Position numbers and translations under genes: made by a program | Notes under the pieces: model-generated | Seen by the model: the letters and a program-made list of their open reading frames with translations, nothing else | Database searches by the model: none | What the model was told of the DNA's origin: nothing | Shown: piece by piece, positions 1 through 10,095 of the stretch | Layout of the letters: every line of letters begins with the position of its first letter | Numbering within the stretch: the stretch's first letter is position 1 | DNA from: Candidatus Omnitrophota bacterium | GTDB lineage: Bacteria; Omnitrophota; Gorgyraeia; Gygaellales; Profunditerraquicolaceae | Assembly (NCBI GenBank): GCA_029571225.1 | Contig: JAKPTF010000011.1 | Span: forward strand, 1 to 60,824 | DNA length: 60,824 nt | Direction of reading: 5' to 3'

Positions 1-1
1 G

Positions 2-1402
<1,401 letters not shown>

Positions 1403-1404
1403 GC

Positions 1405-2499
1405 ATGAAAGCCATACTCGCATTATCAGACGGTTCCGTATACAGGGGCGAATCGTTCGGCGCGACCGGAGAGTGCTGCGGCGAGGTCGTGTTCAATACG
1501 GCTATGACCGGATACCAGGAAGTCATTACCGACCCCTCCTATAAAGGCCAGATCGTGGCCATGACATATCCCTTGATCGGCAATTACGGGGTCAACAATG
1601 AGGACGCCGAATCGCGCCGGGCATTTCTCGAAGGATTTGTGGTGAGGGAATATTCTAAGATCTGCAGTAACTGGCGTAGCACGCAGTCTCTCGGAGATTA
1701 TCTGCGGGAGCGAAATATCATCGGGATCGAAGGAATTGATACGCGCTCTCTGACGCTTCATATCCGCCAGGGGGGGGCAATGCAGGCGGTTTTATCGACC
1801 GAAGACCTTAATGAAAATCGCCTTGTCGCAAGGGCCCGCGCCTCGGCCGGCCTGATCGGCATCGACCTGGTCAAGGAAGTGACGATCGATAAGCCGTATA
1901 CATGGTCGCCTGCCGGCAAAACAAATACAAAGCTTCTCAATGTGGTCGTGCTTGATTGCGGATTAAAATACAATATCCTGCGTTGCCTGATGAATGCCGG
2001 ATGCAGGGTGACCGCAGTTCCCGCGAGTACGAGCAGCCGGGAAATCCTGGCGCTCAAACCGGACGGCCTGATGCTTTCGAACGGCCCCGGAGACCCGGCA
2101 GCAGTAAAATATGTTGTGAAGACTGCTCAGGAACTGCTGGAAAAATTGCCTATATTCGGAATATGCCTCGGTCATCAGATGCTCGGCCAGGCCTTCGGAG
2201 GGAAAACATTCAAACTTAAGTTCGGCCATCACGGCGGCAACCATCCGGTCAGGGACCTCAAGACCGGCAAGGTCGCTATCACCGTGCAAAACCATGGTTT
2301 TTGCGTGGACATGGACTCGCTGAATAAACGCGACATAGAACTGACCCATTTGAACCTGAACGATAACACGCTTGAAGGCCTGCGCCACAGGAAACTGCCG
2401 GTATTTTCAGTGCAATTCCATCCTGAAGCTGGCCCCGGACCGCACGACGCGGCGTATTTGTTCGCACAATTTGCATCATTGATGAGGGAGAAGAGATAA
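1405..2499 (+). CDS. carA: carbamoyl-phosphate synthase small (glutaminase) subunit
   Basis: 364 aa. N-domain [16 protein letters not shown]; GATase blocks [20 protein letters not shown]. Starts 2 nt after the pyrG stop. Confidence 0.95.
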   Translation: MKAILALSDGSVYRGESFGATGECCGEVVFNTAMTGYQEVITDPSYKGQIVAMTYPLIGNYGVNNEDAESRRAFLEGFVVREYSKICSNWRSTQSLGDYLRERNIIGIEGIDTRSLTLHIRQGGAMQAVLSTEDLNENRLVARARASAGLIGIDLVKEVTIDKPYTWSPAGKTNTKLLNVVVLDCGLKYNILRCLMNAGCRVTAVPASTSSREILALKPDGLMLSNGPGDPAAVKYVVKTAQELLEKLPIFGICLGHQMLGQAFGGKTFKLKFGHHGGNHPVRDLKTGKVAITVQNHGFCVDMDSLNKRDIELTHLNLNDNTLEGLRHRKLPVFSVQFHPEAGPGPHDAAYLFAQFASLMREKR

Positions 2500-2500
2500 C

Positions 2501-4168
2501 ATGCCCAGGCGAACGGATATAAAAAAGATCCTTATTATCGGCTCGGGTCCGATCGTCATAGGCCAGGCATGCGAATTTGACTATTCGGGCACCCAGGCCT
2601 GTAAGGTGCTGCGCCAGGAAGGGTATGAGGTGATTCTGGTCAACTCGAATCCCGCGACGATCATGACCGACCCGCAGACAGCGGACCATACCTATATAGA
2701 GCCGATCACCGTTGATGTCATTGAGAAGATCATTGCAAAAGAGCGGCCGGACGCGTTATTACCCACGCTCGGCGGCCAGACCGCGTTGAACGCGGCAGTC
2801 GGATTGGCCCAAGCGGGCGTATTGAAACGATATAAGGTCCAGACCATCGGCGCCAATATAAAGGCGATCAAAAAAGCCGAGGACCGAAGGCTGTTCAAAG
2901 AAGCCATGCAGCGCATCGGCCTAGATCTGCCCCGCAGCGGCAAGGCATATAATATAAAGGAAGCGTTCGCGGTCGCCCAGGATATCGGGTTCCCGCTCAT
3001 CATACGGCCGAGTTTCACGCTTGGCGGCACAGGCGGCAGCGTCGCGTATAACCTTGAGGAGTTTAAAAACAGGGCAAAGACGGGGCTGGAGTCCAGCATG
3101 ATCAGCGAGATCCTTATAGAAGAGTCTGTCGCGGGCTGGAAGGAATTCGAGTTTGAGGTCATGCGGGATACAAAGGATAATGTGGTCATCATATGCTCGA
3201 TCGAGAACCTGGATCCCATGGGCGTGCATACCGGGGACAGCATTACCGTTGCGCCTGCGCAGACATTGAGCGACCGCGAGTACCAGGCAATGCGTAATGC
3301 GTCCATCGCTTGCATCAGGGAGATCGGGGTGGAGACCGGGGGGTCAAATGTGCAGTTCGCGGTCAACCCGAAAGACGGCAGGATGGTCATCATCGAGATG
3401 AACCCGCGCGTATCGAGGTCGTCCGCGCTTGCGTCAAAGGCAACGGGTTTTCCCATAGCCAAGATTGCGGCGAAGCTGGCTGTCGGCTACACGCTTGATG
3501 AGATACCCAATGACATCACCCGCGAAACACCGGCATGTTTCGAGCCGTCGATAGATTATTGCGTGGTAAAGATACCGCGGTTTACGTTCGAAAAATTTCC
3601 ACAGGCTGACGCGACGCTGACGGTTTCGATGAAATCCGTAGGCGAGGCAATGGCCATAGGCAGAACGTTCAAGGAGGCGCTGCAAAAAGGGCTACGGTCG
3701 CTTGAAATAAAAAAATCTGGGCTGGAAAGCGTCATGTTCAGGGATCCGGCACAACCTGCGTTAGACCCGGCGTCCCTTGAGATATTGCATGACCGATTGC
3801 GTGTTCCCAATGCCGAACGGATTTTTTATATAGGCGATGCGTTGCGCATCAACATGGACATCGATACGCTTCATGAAATGACAAAGATAGACCGCTGGTT
3901 CCTGCATAATATGAAGGAGATCATCGACTGCGAAAAAAAGATTCTCGCCTGTGGCCCTGACCTGCCTGTAGAATTATTCATGCGGGCCAAAGAATACGGC
4001 TTCAGCGACCGGCAGATCGGCCTGCTCATCAAGAAGCCCGAAGAGGATATCTGCAGGATGAGAAAGTCGCTTGGCATACGCGCATCCTACAAGCTCGTAG
4101 ACACCTGCGCTGCCGAGTTCAAAGCTGCCACTCCGTATTACTACTCTACCTACGAGAAGACGCTTTAG
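2501..4168 (+). CDS. carB: carbamoyl-phosphate synthase large subunit, N-terminal half only (first ATP-grasp plus oligomerisation domain)
   Basis: 555 aa. [23 protein letters not shown] start; [23 protein letters not shown] block. Ends ...[22 protein letters not shown], at the junction where full-length CarB continues into its second half. No second half downstream. Confidence 0.9.
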   Translation: MPRRTDIKKILIIGSGPIVIGQACEFDYSGTQACKVLRQEGYEVILVNSNPATIMTDPQTADHTYIEPITVDVIEKIIAKERPDALLPTLGGQTALNAAVGLAQAGVLKRYKVQTIGANIKAIKKAEDRRLFKEAMQRIGLDLPRSGKAYNIKEAFAVAQDIGFPLIIRPSFTLGGTGGSVAYNLEEFKNRAKTGLESSMISEILIEESVAGWKEFEFEVMRDTKDNVVIICSIENLDPMGVHTGDSITVAPAQTLSDREYQAMRNASIACIREIGVETGGSNVQFAVNPKDGRMVIIEMNPRVSRSSALASKATGFPIAKIAAKLAVGYTLDEIPNDITRETPACFEPSIDYCVVKIPRFTFEKFPQADATLTVSMKSVGEAMAIGRTFKEALQKGLRSLEIKKSGLESVMFRDPAQPALDPASLEILHDRLRVPNAERIFYIGDALRINMDIDTLHEMTKIDRWFLHNMKEIIDCEKKILACGPDLPVELFMRAKEYGFSDRQIGLLIKKPEEDICRMRKSLGIRASYKLVDTCAAEFKAATPYYYSTYEKTL

Positions 4169-4292
4169 CTAACCTATTTGAAGACAATCAATTGCAATTA
4201 AATTCTTTATGAGGGAATCTTGATACATATATAATGAATAAAGAATTTAATTGTAACTAATTGTAATAAATTGTGTTAGCTAAAGCGTCTTC
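4156..4292. repeat. AT-rich imperfect palindrome (about 55-nt arms, 27-nt loop) with perfect 18-bp terminal inverted repeats; MITE-like element or bidirectional terminator
   Basis: GAAGACGCTTTAGCTAAC (4156-4173) is the exact reverse complement of 4275-4292. Inner arms 4195-4210 and 4238-4253 are also exact complements. Interior is about 21% G+C by hand count. Three AATTGT(A/G)(A/T) repeats sit at 4249, 4259 and 4269. Confidence 0.8.
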
Positions 4293-5229
4293 AAAGGGCG
4301 GGGTGGTAGAGGATGCCGGAAACTTTGTTGCGTCCTGAATTTTTTGCTTCATAGAGTTGCTGGTCGAGCAACTGCAAAAGACCGTCAACGGTAAGGTCCA
4401 CTTTTGTCTCTATACTGACAAGGCCGATGCTGATGGTGAAATTCAACGGCTGATCGGGAGAGCCGAAATTAGTGGCCTCGATTTTTTTTCTAAGCCGTTC
4501 GACCATGACATAACAGCTTTCAAAATTGGTAAAAGGGAACAGGACCATTATCTCGTCCCCGCCGTACCGGCAGGCTATATCCGAGGCCCGGATATTTTTT
4601 TTGACGAAGGCGGCCAGGTTTTCGAGGGCCAGGTCCCCGAGCGCATGCCCCCGCAGGTCATTGATCTTCTTATAAAAATCTATATCGAACATGATGCAGG
4701 AAAAGTTGTATTCATAACGCTGTAATTTATGAAGTTCCTGGCCGAGCATTTCGATGAGATACCTGCGGTTATAAAGACCGGTCAGTTCGTCCGTTATGGA
4801 CAGCTTTGCCAGAAGGTCATTCTTAAGCTCAAGCTCTTCTTCGAGCGACCTGCGCTGCAGGAATATATTCGCATATGCGGCCATTTCCTCCGGGCTCGTG
4901 CGTGAATATACGAATCCGTCGATGAGCCCCGAATTGAGCATCCTGAGGCGTTCCTCGCTCTTCTGTTCTTCTTTTGATATGACCAGAATAGGCACGGTCT
5001 CCAGTTTGTCATCCGCCCGCAGCGCGATGCACAGTTCTTCGTAATTCTTAAGATCCGGCAGTTCGTTATACAGAAATATGAGGTCAACGCCGTGGTCCTT
5101 GATGAGGGGCATCAGGTCCCGTGCAGATGGGCTGTCGAAGAAGCTGAAGAGCTCCGGGCTCAGGGTCACTTTCAGTTTCTCGGAAAGCTGCGCGGGTATC
5201 CCCACGCCGATAATGATTCTTTTGGCCAT
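4291..5229 (-). CDS. diguanylate cyclase-type protein: degenerate receiver-like domain plus GGDEF domain (motif reads GGDEI)
   Basis: C-terminal LTGLYNRRY...RYGGDEIMVLF...YEAKNSGRN GGDEF domain, with RASD five residues upstream (I-site spacing). N-terminal CheY-like fold lacks the acidic pocket. Start moved to MAKRIII (ATG at 5229), because the track's longer ORF runs through the divergent promoter region. Confidence 0.85.
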   Translation of the reverse strand: MAKRIIIGVGIPAQLSEKLKVTLSPELFSFFDSPSARDLMPLIKDHGVDLIFLYNELPDLKNYEELCIALRADDKLETVPILVISKEEQKSEERLRMLNSGLIDGFVYSRTSPEEMAAYANIFLQRRSLEEELELKNDLLAKLSITDELTGLYNRRYLIEMLGQELHKLQRYEYNFSCIMFDIDFYKKINDLRGHALGDLALENLAAFVKKNIRASDIACRYGGDEIMVLFPFTNFESCYVMVERLRKKIEATNFGSPDQPLNFTISIGLVSIETKVDLTVDGLLQLLDQQLYEAKNSGRNKVSGILYHPAL

Positions 5230-5270
5230 GGCTTTATTATACGCCAAAACATCCATCCCAGCAACTGACT

Positions 5271-5298
5271 TTGCCTGAAGCACTGTTTGTGCTATAAT
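5271..5298 (+). promoter_or_regulatory. sigma70-like promoter TTGCCT-16 nt-TATAAT with TGn extended -10
   Basis: TTGCCT at 5271-5276; TGC then TATAAT at 5290-5298. The predicted +1 (about 5305) abuts the ATG at 5306. Confidence 0.45.
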
Positions 5299-5305
5299 AC
5301 ACGCT

Positions 5306-5599
5306 ATGGGAAATACGATCGTGGTTGACGACAATGCGTCAGTGAAGGATAACGACCGCCTGCCTGTCCGCGATACGCTTACCGTGCTTAGGTACCGTAC
5401 TATTAAGAAGAACAATGCGCTGGGCTGGTGGAGCGCGATCGTGCTTCTGGAGGATCACGGCAAAAAACAGGTTTGTTTTTACCGCTGGCGCCGCCACAAC
5501 AACGAGTGGAAGCGGGACAAGAAACTTCCGTTCAAGACCCGGGCTGAATGGGCGTCAATCAGGGACGCGGTCGAGGCATATATCAACGAGCTTGAATAA
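5306..5599 (+). CDS. hypothetical protein (97 aa, Trp/Arg/Lys-rich)
   Basis: Intact ORF filling the gap before the next gene (stop 5597-5599, next ATG at 5601). No family recognised and no Shine-Dalgarno upstream. Confidence 0.5.
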   Translation: MGNTIVVDDNASVKDNDRLPVRDTLTVLRYRTIKKNNALGWWSAIVLLEDHGKKQVCFYRWRRHNNEWKRDKKLPFKTRAEWASIRDAVEAYINELE

Positions 5600-5600
5600 A

Positions 5601-6371
5601 ATGGCGGATATCATCCAGACGGGCATCGAGGCGGCTCGCGCTGCCGGAGAGTATCTCCTGGACCATTTCGGAAAACAACATACGGTCCGTGCGAAGGGCG
5701 ACCGCAATCTGGTGACTGATTCGGATCGCGCCGCGCAGGAAATGATTGTTGGCCTCATCGAGCGCCGTTTCCCCGGCCACGGCATCATCGCCGAAGAGGG
5801 AGGGTCCGTCCGCCAGGAAGCGGAATACCTCTGGATCGTCGATCCCCTTGACGGTACGCATAATTATATACGCGGCATCGATATCTTCGGCGTCTCGATC
5901 GGTGTCGTGCATAAGGCCAGGTATATCGCGGGCATAATCTTTATGCCTTCGTCAGGCGAATTGTACGTCGGGGAGCAGGGCAGCGGAGCGTATAAAAACG
6001 GCCGCAGGATTACGGTTTCCTCAAACAACGCGTTTACGCAATATTCCGTCTCTTTTGATTCGGGTTTGCGCCACGCGCCTGAACGCATGCTTCCTGTTTT
6101 AAGGGAACTGGCGGACCGGGCGTTCAACGTGCGCATGTTCGGCTCGTCCGCACGGGCATTGAGCTATCTGGCAGAGGGCAAACTTGACATTTCCGTAGAA
6201 TTTGAGGATCAGCCGTGGGACTGCGCCGCAGGTATATGCCTGATCGAGCAGGCCGGCGGCAGGGTGACCGATCTATTCGGCAGACCCATGGGACACACCA
6301 CCATCGGTTACATAGCGACGAACGGCCGAGCGCACCAGGAGGTCCTGGATATCGTTCTTCGATTCCGCTGA
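5601..6371 (+). CDS. suhB: inositol monophosphatase family protein
   Basis: WIVDPLDGTHNY and WDCAAG signatures. Start taken at MADIIQTG (ATG 5601); the track's 5415 start overlaps the preceding ORF. Confidence 0.85.
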   Translation: MADIIQTGIEAARAAGEYLLDHFGKQHTVRAKGDRNLVTDSDRAAQEMIVGLIERRFPGHGIIAEEGGSVRQEAEYLWIVDPLDGTHNYIRGIDIFGVSIGVVHKARYIAGIIFMPSSGELYVGEQGSGAYKNGRRITVSSNNAFTQYSVSFDSGLRHAPERMLPVLRELADRAFNVRMFGSSARALSYLAEGKLDISVEFEDQPWDCAAGICLIEQAGGRVTDLFGRPMGHTTIGYIATNGRAHQEVLDIVLRFR

Positions 6372-6422
6372 TTGGCCGGTAATACCGGCGCGCACCCGCA
6401 GCCGTCATGACAGGAGAATCCC

Positions 6423-6902
6423 GTGGCATCAGACGATATATATTTAACGCAGGCAGGATACGAAAAGCTGGTCCATGAGCTGGAGTTTCTCAAGAACGAA
6501 AAACGGCGCAGCATCTCAAAGGCCATCGCCGAGGCGCGCAGCCACGGCGACCTGTCGGAGAATGCGGAATACGACGCGGCAAAAGACGCCCAGGCTGCCA
6601 ATGAGGCGAAAATAGGGGAGCTCGAGTTCAAGCTGAGCCGCTGCCGTATAATCGAGAACGAGAACATCCCTTCGGATGAGATATTGATCGGCGCGACAGC
6701 GCTTCTACTCGACACGGATACGAACAGGGAATATACCTACACGCTCGTCTCGGAACTGGAAGCGGATTATGAGCAGGGCAAGATATCCGTGACCTCGCCG
6801 CTGGGCAAGGGCCTCATCGGCCATAAGCAGGGCGAGGATATCCAGATTACGGTTCCCGCTGGCACGCGCCATTATAAGGTACTCAAGATCAGCCGTGCAT
6901 AA
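6423..6902 (+). CDS. greA: transcription elongation factor GreA
   Basis: 159 aa. LTQAGYEKL..EL..L; GDLSENAEYDAAK coiled-coil tip; C-terminal ISVTSPLGKGLIGHKQGE. GTG start preceded by ACAGGAGA. Confidence 0.92.
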   Translation: MASDDIYLTQAGYEKLVHELEFLKNEKRRSISKAIAEARSHGDLSENAEYDAAKDAQAANEAKIGELEFKLSRCRIIENENIPSDEILIGATALLLDTDTNREYTYTLVSELEADYEQGKISVTSPLGKGLIGHKQGEDIQITVPAGTRHYKVLKISRA

Positions 6903-8088
6903 ATACAGCGCTAAACTCTGTATCATCGGAGCCGGCGCATCCGGCATCGTCGCGGCAATCAGCGCGAAACGCCGCGGTACTGACGTTGTGCTCGTGGACC
7001 GCATGGCCGGCATCGGCAGGAAAATCCTCGCCTGCGGCGCGGGCAGGTGCAATCTGTTCAATGAGCGCCTTGACGATTCGTTCTATAACGAGGCCGCACG
7101 GCCGCTCGTCCGACAGGTCCTTGCACGGTTCGGACTGGGGGCGATCAGGGATTTCTTTCATGATATCGGCCTGGCGATGCATACCGAGGCCGGGCGCGTA
7201 TTTCCTGCTACGGACCAGTCGTCATCGGTTTTGCAGGTTCTGTCGCTGCAGCTGAAACTGCTGGGAATAAAAGTCCTGACCGGGTTCCCGGTCGCGCGGG
7301 TAGAGGGACAGATAGGCGGATTCACCGTCCGGGCGGATAACGGCGGCTGCGTGGAGTGCGAGAAGGTCATTATCGCCGCGGGAGGCAGGTCCTATCCGAA
7401 GCTCGGTTCAGACGGGAGCGGTCTGCGGCTTGCTCAGAGTCTGGGCCATTCCATCATAGAACCGGTTCCCGCCGCGGTGCCGCTTATAACGAAGGATACG
7501 CTGTGCCAGGTGTTGCAGGGACAGCGCATTACCGCGGCGGTGCAGGCCGTTATAGACGGCCGCGCCGCAGGCAGATGCGAGGGAGACCTGCTTTTCACCC
7601 GGTACGGGGTTTCAGGCACCGCGGTGCTCGACGTCTCAAGGCAGGTATCGGTCGCGCTCCACCGCCGCAGCGGATCTAAGGCAGTCCTTGTGGCGGATCT
7701 CGTCCCTTTTATGTCCCCGGCCGAATTGAAGGCAGAAATCACGCGCCGCAGGAAGCTGGGATTCCCTTCAGAGGCCCTTCTTGCTGGAATTCTGCCGGAG
7801 AAATTCGGCCGGCCGTACGGGCAGCTTGCTGCAGGCGGAACGCCCGATGCGCTGGTATCTGGGCTGAAAGAAAAACCATTCCAGATATCAGGGACGCGCG
7901 GATGGGATGAGGCGGAATTCACCTCCGGCGGCGTATCGACCGGAGAAATCGATCCCCGAACGCTTGAATCTACGATAAGGCCCGGGGTGTATTTTTGCGG
8001 CGAAGTGATCGATGTCGACGGCGTAAGGGGAGGGTATAACCTTGCCTGGGCCTGGTCTTCAGGGGCCGTGGCAGGGTTGACGCAATGA
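6895..8088 (+). CDS. FAD-dependent oxidoreductase, HI0933/YhiN (BaiN-like) family
   Basis: N-terminal IIGAGASGIVAA dinucleotide fold; C-terminal FCGEVIDVDGVRGGYNLAWAWSSG block typical of this family. Overlaps the greA stop by 8 nt. Confidence 0.8.
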   Translation: MHKYSAKLCIIGAGASGIVAAISAKRRGTDVVLVDRMAGIGRKILACGAGRCNLFNERLDDSFYNEAARPLVRQVLARFGLGAIRDFFHDIGLAMHTEAGRVFPATDQSSSVLQVLSLQLKLLGIKVLTGFPVARVEGQIGGFTVRADNGGCVECEKVIIAAGGRSYPKLGSDGSGLRLAQSLGHSIIEPVPAAVPLITKDTLCQVLQGQRITAAVQAVIDGRAAGRCEGDLLFTRYGVSGTAVLDVSRQVSVALHRRSGSKAVLVADLVPFMSPAELKAEITRRRKLGFPSEALLAGILPEKFGRPYGQLAAGGTPDALVSGLKEKPFQISGTRGWDEAEFTSGGVSTGEIDPRTLESTIRPGVYFCGEVIDVDGVRGGYNLAWAWSSGAVAGLTQ

Positions 8089-8092
8089 TATT

Positions 8093-8485
8093 ATGAAAGA
8101 CCATGTGCTGGACAAAAAGGTGTATTACCACGATACCGACGCAGGCGGGGTTGTTTATTACGCCGCCTACTGGAAATTCCTGGAGGAGGGCCGTACCGAG
8201 TTCTGCGCCCGGTGCGGCTGCGACGTCGGAGAAATGTTTAATCAGGGCATCGCTTTTGTCGTGGTCCATGCCGAGGCGGATTATAAGTCGCCTGCCCGTT
8301 ACGGCGATACCGTGTCCGTCCATACCCGCGTCGATTCGGTCGGCAACTCGTCGATCCGTTTTTCTCAGGAAATAACCAGAGGCGGCGCGCTTCTTGTCGC
8401 GGCAAAGGTCGTCTGGGCATGCGTGAGCCGCGACTTCAAGACGCAAAAGGTTCCGGATCGGGTAAGGGCTGCGATCGCTCCGTGA
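8093..8485 (+). CDS. acyl-CoA thioesterase, 4HBT/YbgC family (hotdog fold)
   Basis: 130 aa. YYHDTDAGGVVYYAAYWKFLEEGRTEF catalytic-Asp block. Confidence 0.8.
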   Translation: MKDHVLDKKVYYHDTDAGGVVYYAAYWKFLEEGRTEFCARCGCDVGEMFNQGIAFVVVHAEADYKSPARYGDTVSVHTRVDSVGNSSIRFSQEITRGGALLVAAKVVWACVSRDFKTQKVPDRVRAAIAP

Positions 8486-8488
8486 CCT

Positions 8489-8519
8489 ATTTACAACGCT
8501 GCCGGGGGGTGTATTATAA
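8489..8519 (+). promoter_or_regulatory. possible sigma70-like promoter (TTTACA ... TATTATAAT)
   Basis: TTTACA at 8489-8494. TATTAT or TATAAT at 8511-8519, giving a 16 or 19 nt spacer. Lies 32 nt upstream of the ATG at 8551. Confidence 0.3.
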
Positions 8520-8550
8520 TCAAGGTGTTTTCTAAAAGAGGTCAACGCAT

Positions 8551-10077
8551 ATGACGCAAGCCATCGGTTTTGACAACGAAAAGTACCTGAAAGAGCAGAC
8601 TGCTGCGATCCTGGACCGCGTCAAGAAATTCGACAATAAGCTGTATCTGGAATTCGGGGGCAAGCTGTTGTTCGATTATCACGCTTCCAGGGTGCTTCCC
8701 GGATACGATCCCAACGTAAAGATCCGCCTTTTGCAGAAGCTCAAGGATAAGATCGAGATCGTCCTGTGCATATTTGCCGGTGATATCGAAAAGGGCAGGG
8801 TTCGCGGAGATTTCGGCATCACCTACGACGCGTCGACTCTGAAACTCATCGATGACCTGCGGAAATGGGGCATCGATATCGTGGCCGTCGTGATCACCCG
8901 CTTCAACAACCAGTCGGCCGCTGTTATCTTTAAGAACAAGCTGGAGCGCCGCGGGGTCAAGGTGTACCTGCATTATCCGATAGAAGGGTACCCTGCAAAC
9001 GTCGACGCGGCCGTCAGCGAGAACGGCTTCGGCAGGAACGAGTATATCCCGACGACCAAACCGATCGTCGTGGTCACCGCGCCCGGCCCCAACTCGGGGA
9101 AACTCTCAACATGCCTTTCCCAGATGTATCACGAACATAAACGCGGTGTCAATGCAGGCTATGCTAAATTCGAGACGTTCCCGATCTGGAACCTGCCGGT
9201 CAAGCATCCTGTCAACGTTGCATATGAAGCTGCGACGGCTGACATCCAGGATTTCAACCTGGTGGACCCGTTCCACCTGTCCGTGTACGGAAAGACCGCG
9301 GTTAATTATAACCGCGATGTGGAAAGTTTTCCCATACTCAAGCTGATCCTGAGCAAAATCGCCGATACCAAGACGTCACAGCCTTTGTATAACTCGCCCA
9401 CAGATATGGGAGTGAACCGCGCGGGCTTCGGTATTGTAGAGGATAATCTCGTCCAGGAGGCGTCAAAACAGGAGCTGATCAGGAGGTATTTCCGGTACAA
9501 CATGGAATACGTGCTTGGCATCGAGAAGCGGGAGACCGTTGACCGGGTCGGGATGCTCATGGAAGAAATGGGCGTGAAAGTCACAGACCGGCCGGTCGTG
9601 GCGGAGGCGCGCGCCGCTGCGGAGGAGGCCGAGGCTTCGGGAAAAGGCAACAACGGCATGTTCTGCGGTTCCGCCATGCAGCTGCCTGACGGCAGGATCA
9701 TCAAGGGTAAGAATTCGAAGCTGATGCATTCGGCCGCGAGCCTGGTGCTTAACGCCGTCAAGGTCCTCGCCAAAATACCAGACGAGATCCTGATCCTTTC
9801 GCCGCATATAATAAATCAGATCGCCAAACTTAAGGAAAAGATATTGAACTGCGAATCGGAGAGCCTGGACCTCGAGGAGACTCTTATCGCCCTTTCCATC
9901 AGCGCTACGACCAACCATACCGCGGAGCTCGCCATGAAGAAGCTTGTAGAGCTGAGGGGGTGCGAGGTCCATATGACGCATATCCCCACACCCGGCGACG
10001 ACGTCGGGTTGAAGCGCCTGGGGGTCAATCTTACCACTGACGGCAAATTTTCGTCGCGTAACCTGTTTGTCGAATAG
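8551..10077 (+). CDS. UPF0371/DUF1846 family protein
   Basis: 508 aa. N-terminal GFDNEKYLKEQ...LYLEFGGKLLFDYHASRVLPGYDPN is characteristic of this family. Confidence 0.75.
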   Translation: MTQAIGFDNEKYLKEQTAAILDRVKKFDNKLYLEFGGKLLFDYHASRVLPGYDPNVKIRLLQKLKDKIEIVLCIFAGDIEKGRVRGDFGITYDASTLKLIDDLRKWGIDIVAVVITRFNNQSAAVIFKNKLERRGVKVYLHYPIEGYPANVDAAVSENGFGRNEYIPTTKPIVVVTAPGPNSGKLSTCLSQMYHEHKRGVNAGYAKFETFPIWNLPVKHPVNVAYEAATADIQDFNLVDPFHLSVYGKTAVNYNRDVESFPILKLILSKIADTKTSQPLYNSPTDMGVNRAGFGIVEDNLVQEASKQELIRRYFRYNMEYVLGIEKRETVDRVGMLMEEMGVKVTDRPVVAEARAAAEEAEASGKGNNGMFCGSAMQLPDGRIIKGKNSKLMHSAASLVLNAVKVLAKIPDEILILSPHIINQIAKLKEKILNCESESLDLEETLIALSISATTNHTAELAMKKLVELRGCEVHMTHIPTPGDDVGLKRLGVNLTTDGKFSSRNLFVE

Positions 10078-10095
10078 CCAGGAAGACATTATCGC

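Noticed and set aside
2501-4168. Calling the half-length carB a pseudogene.
   Set aside because: The ORF is intact, co-oriented and tightly coupled to carA, and it ends precisely at the inter-half junction used by known split carB genes. I kept it as a CDS and flagged the uncertainty as a finding. This cannot be settled without the rest of the genome.
5415-5600. 5'-extended versions of ORFs in the track: 5415 for the IMPase gene, 11748 for M48, 28695 for serA, 30307 for the secreted protein, 34699 for the OmpA-like gene, 41229 for rseP, 49388 for scpA, 51471 for SpoIID, 52328 for queA, 55765 for the response regulator, 57286 for tgt, 58382 for trmD, 59638 for rnhB, 17443-18579 for the oxidoreductase and 4291-5415 for the GGDEF gene.
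   Set aside because: The extensions run through upstream genes, promoters or terminators and translate to Arg/Pro-rich junk. In every case an internal ATG with a plausible RBS or stop/start coupling begins exactly at the conserved N-terminus of the family.
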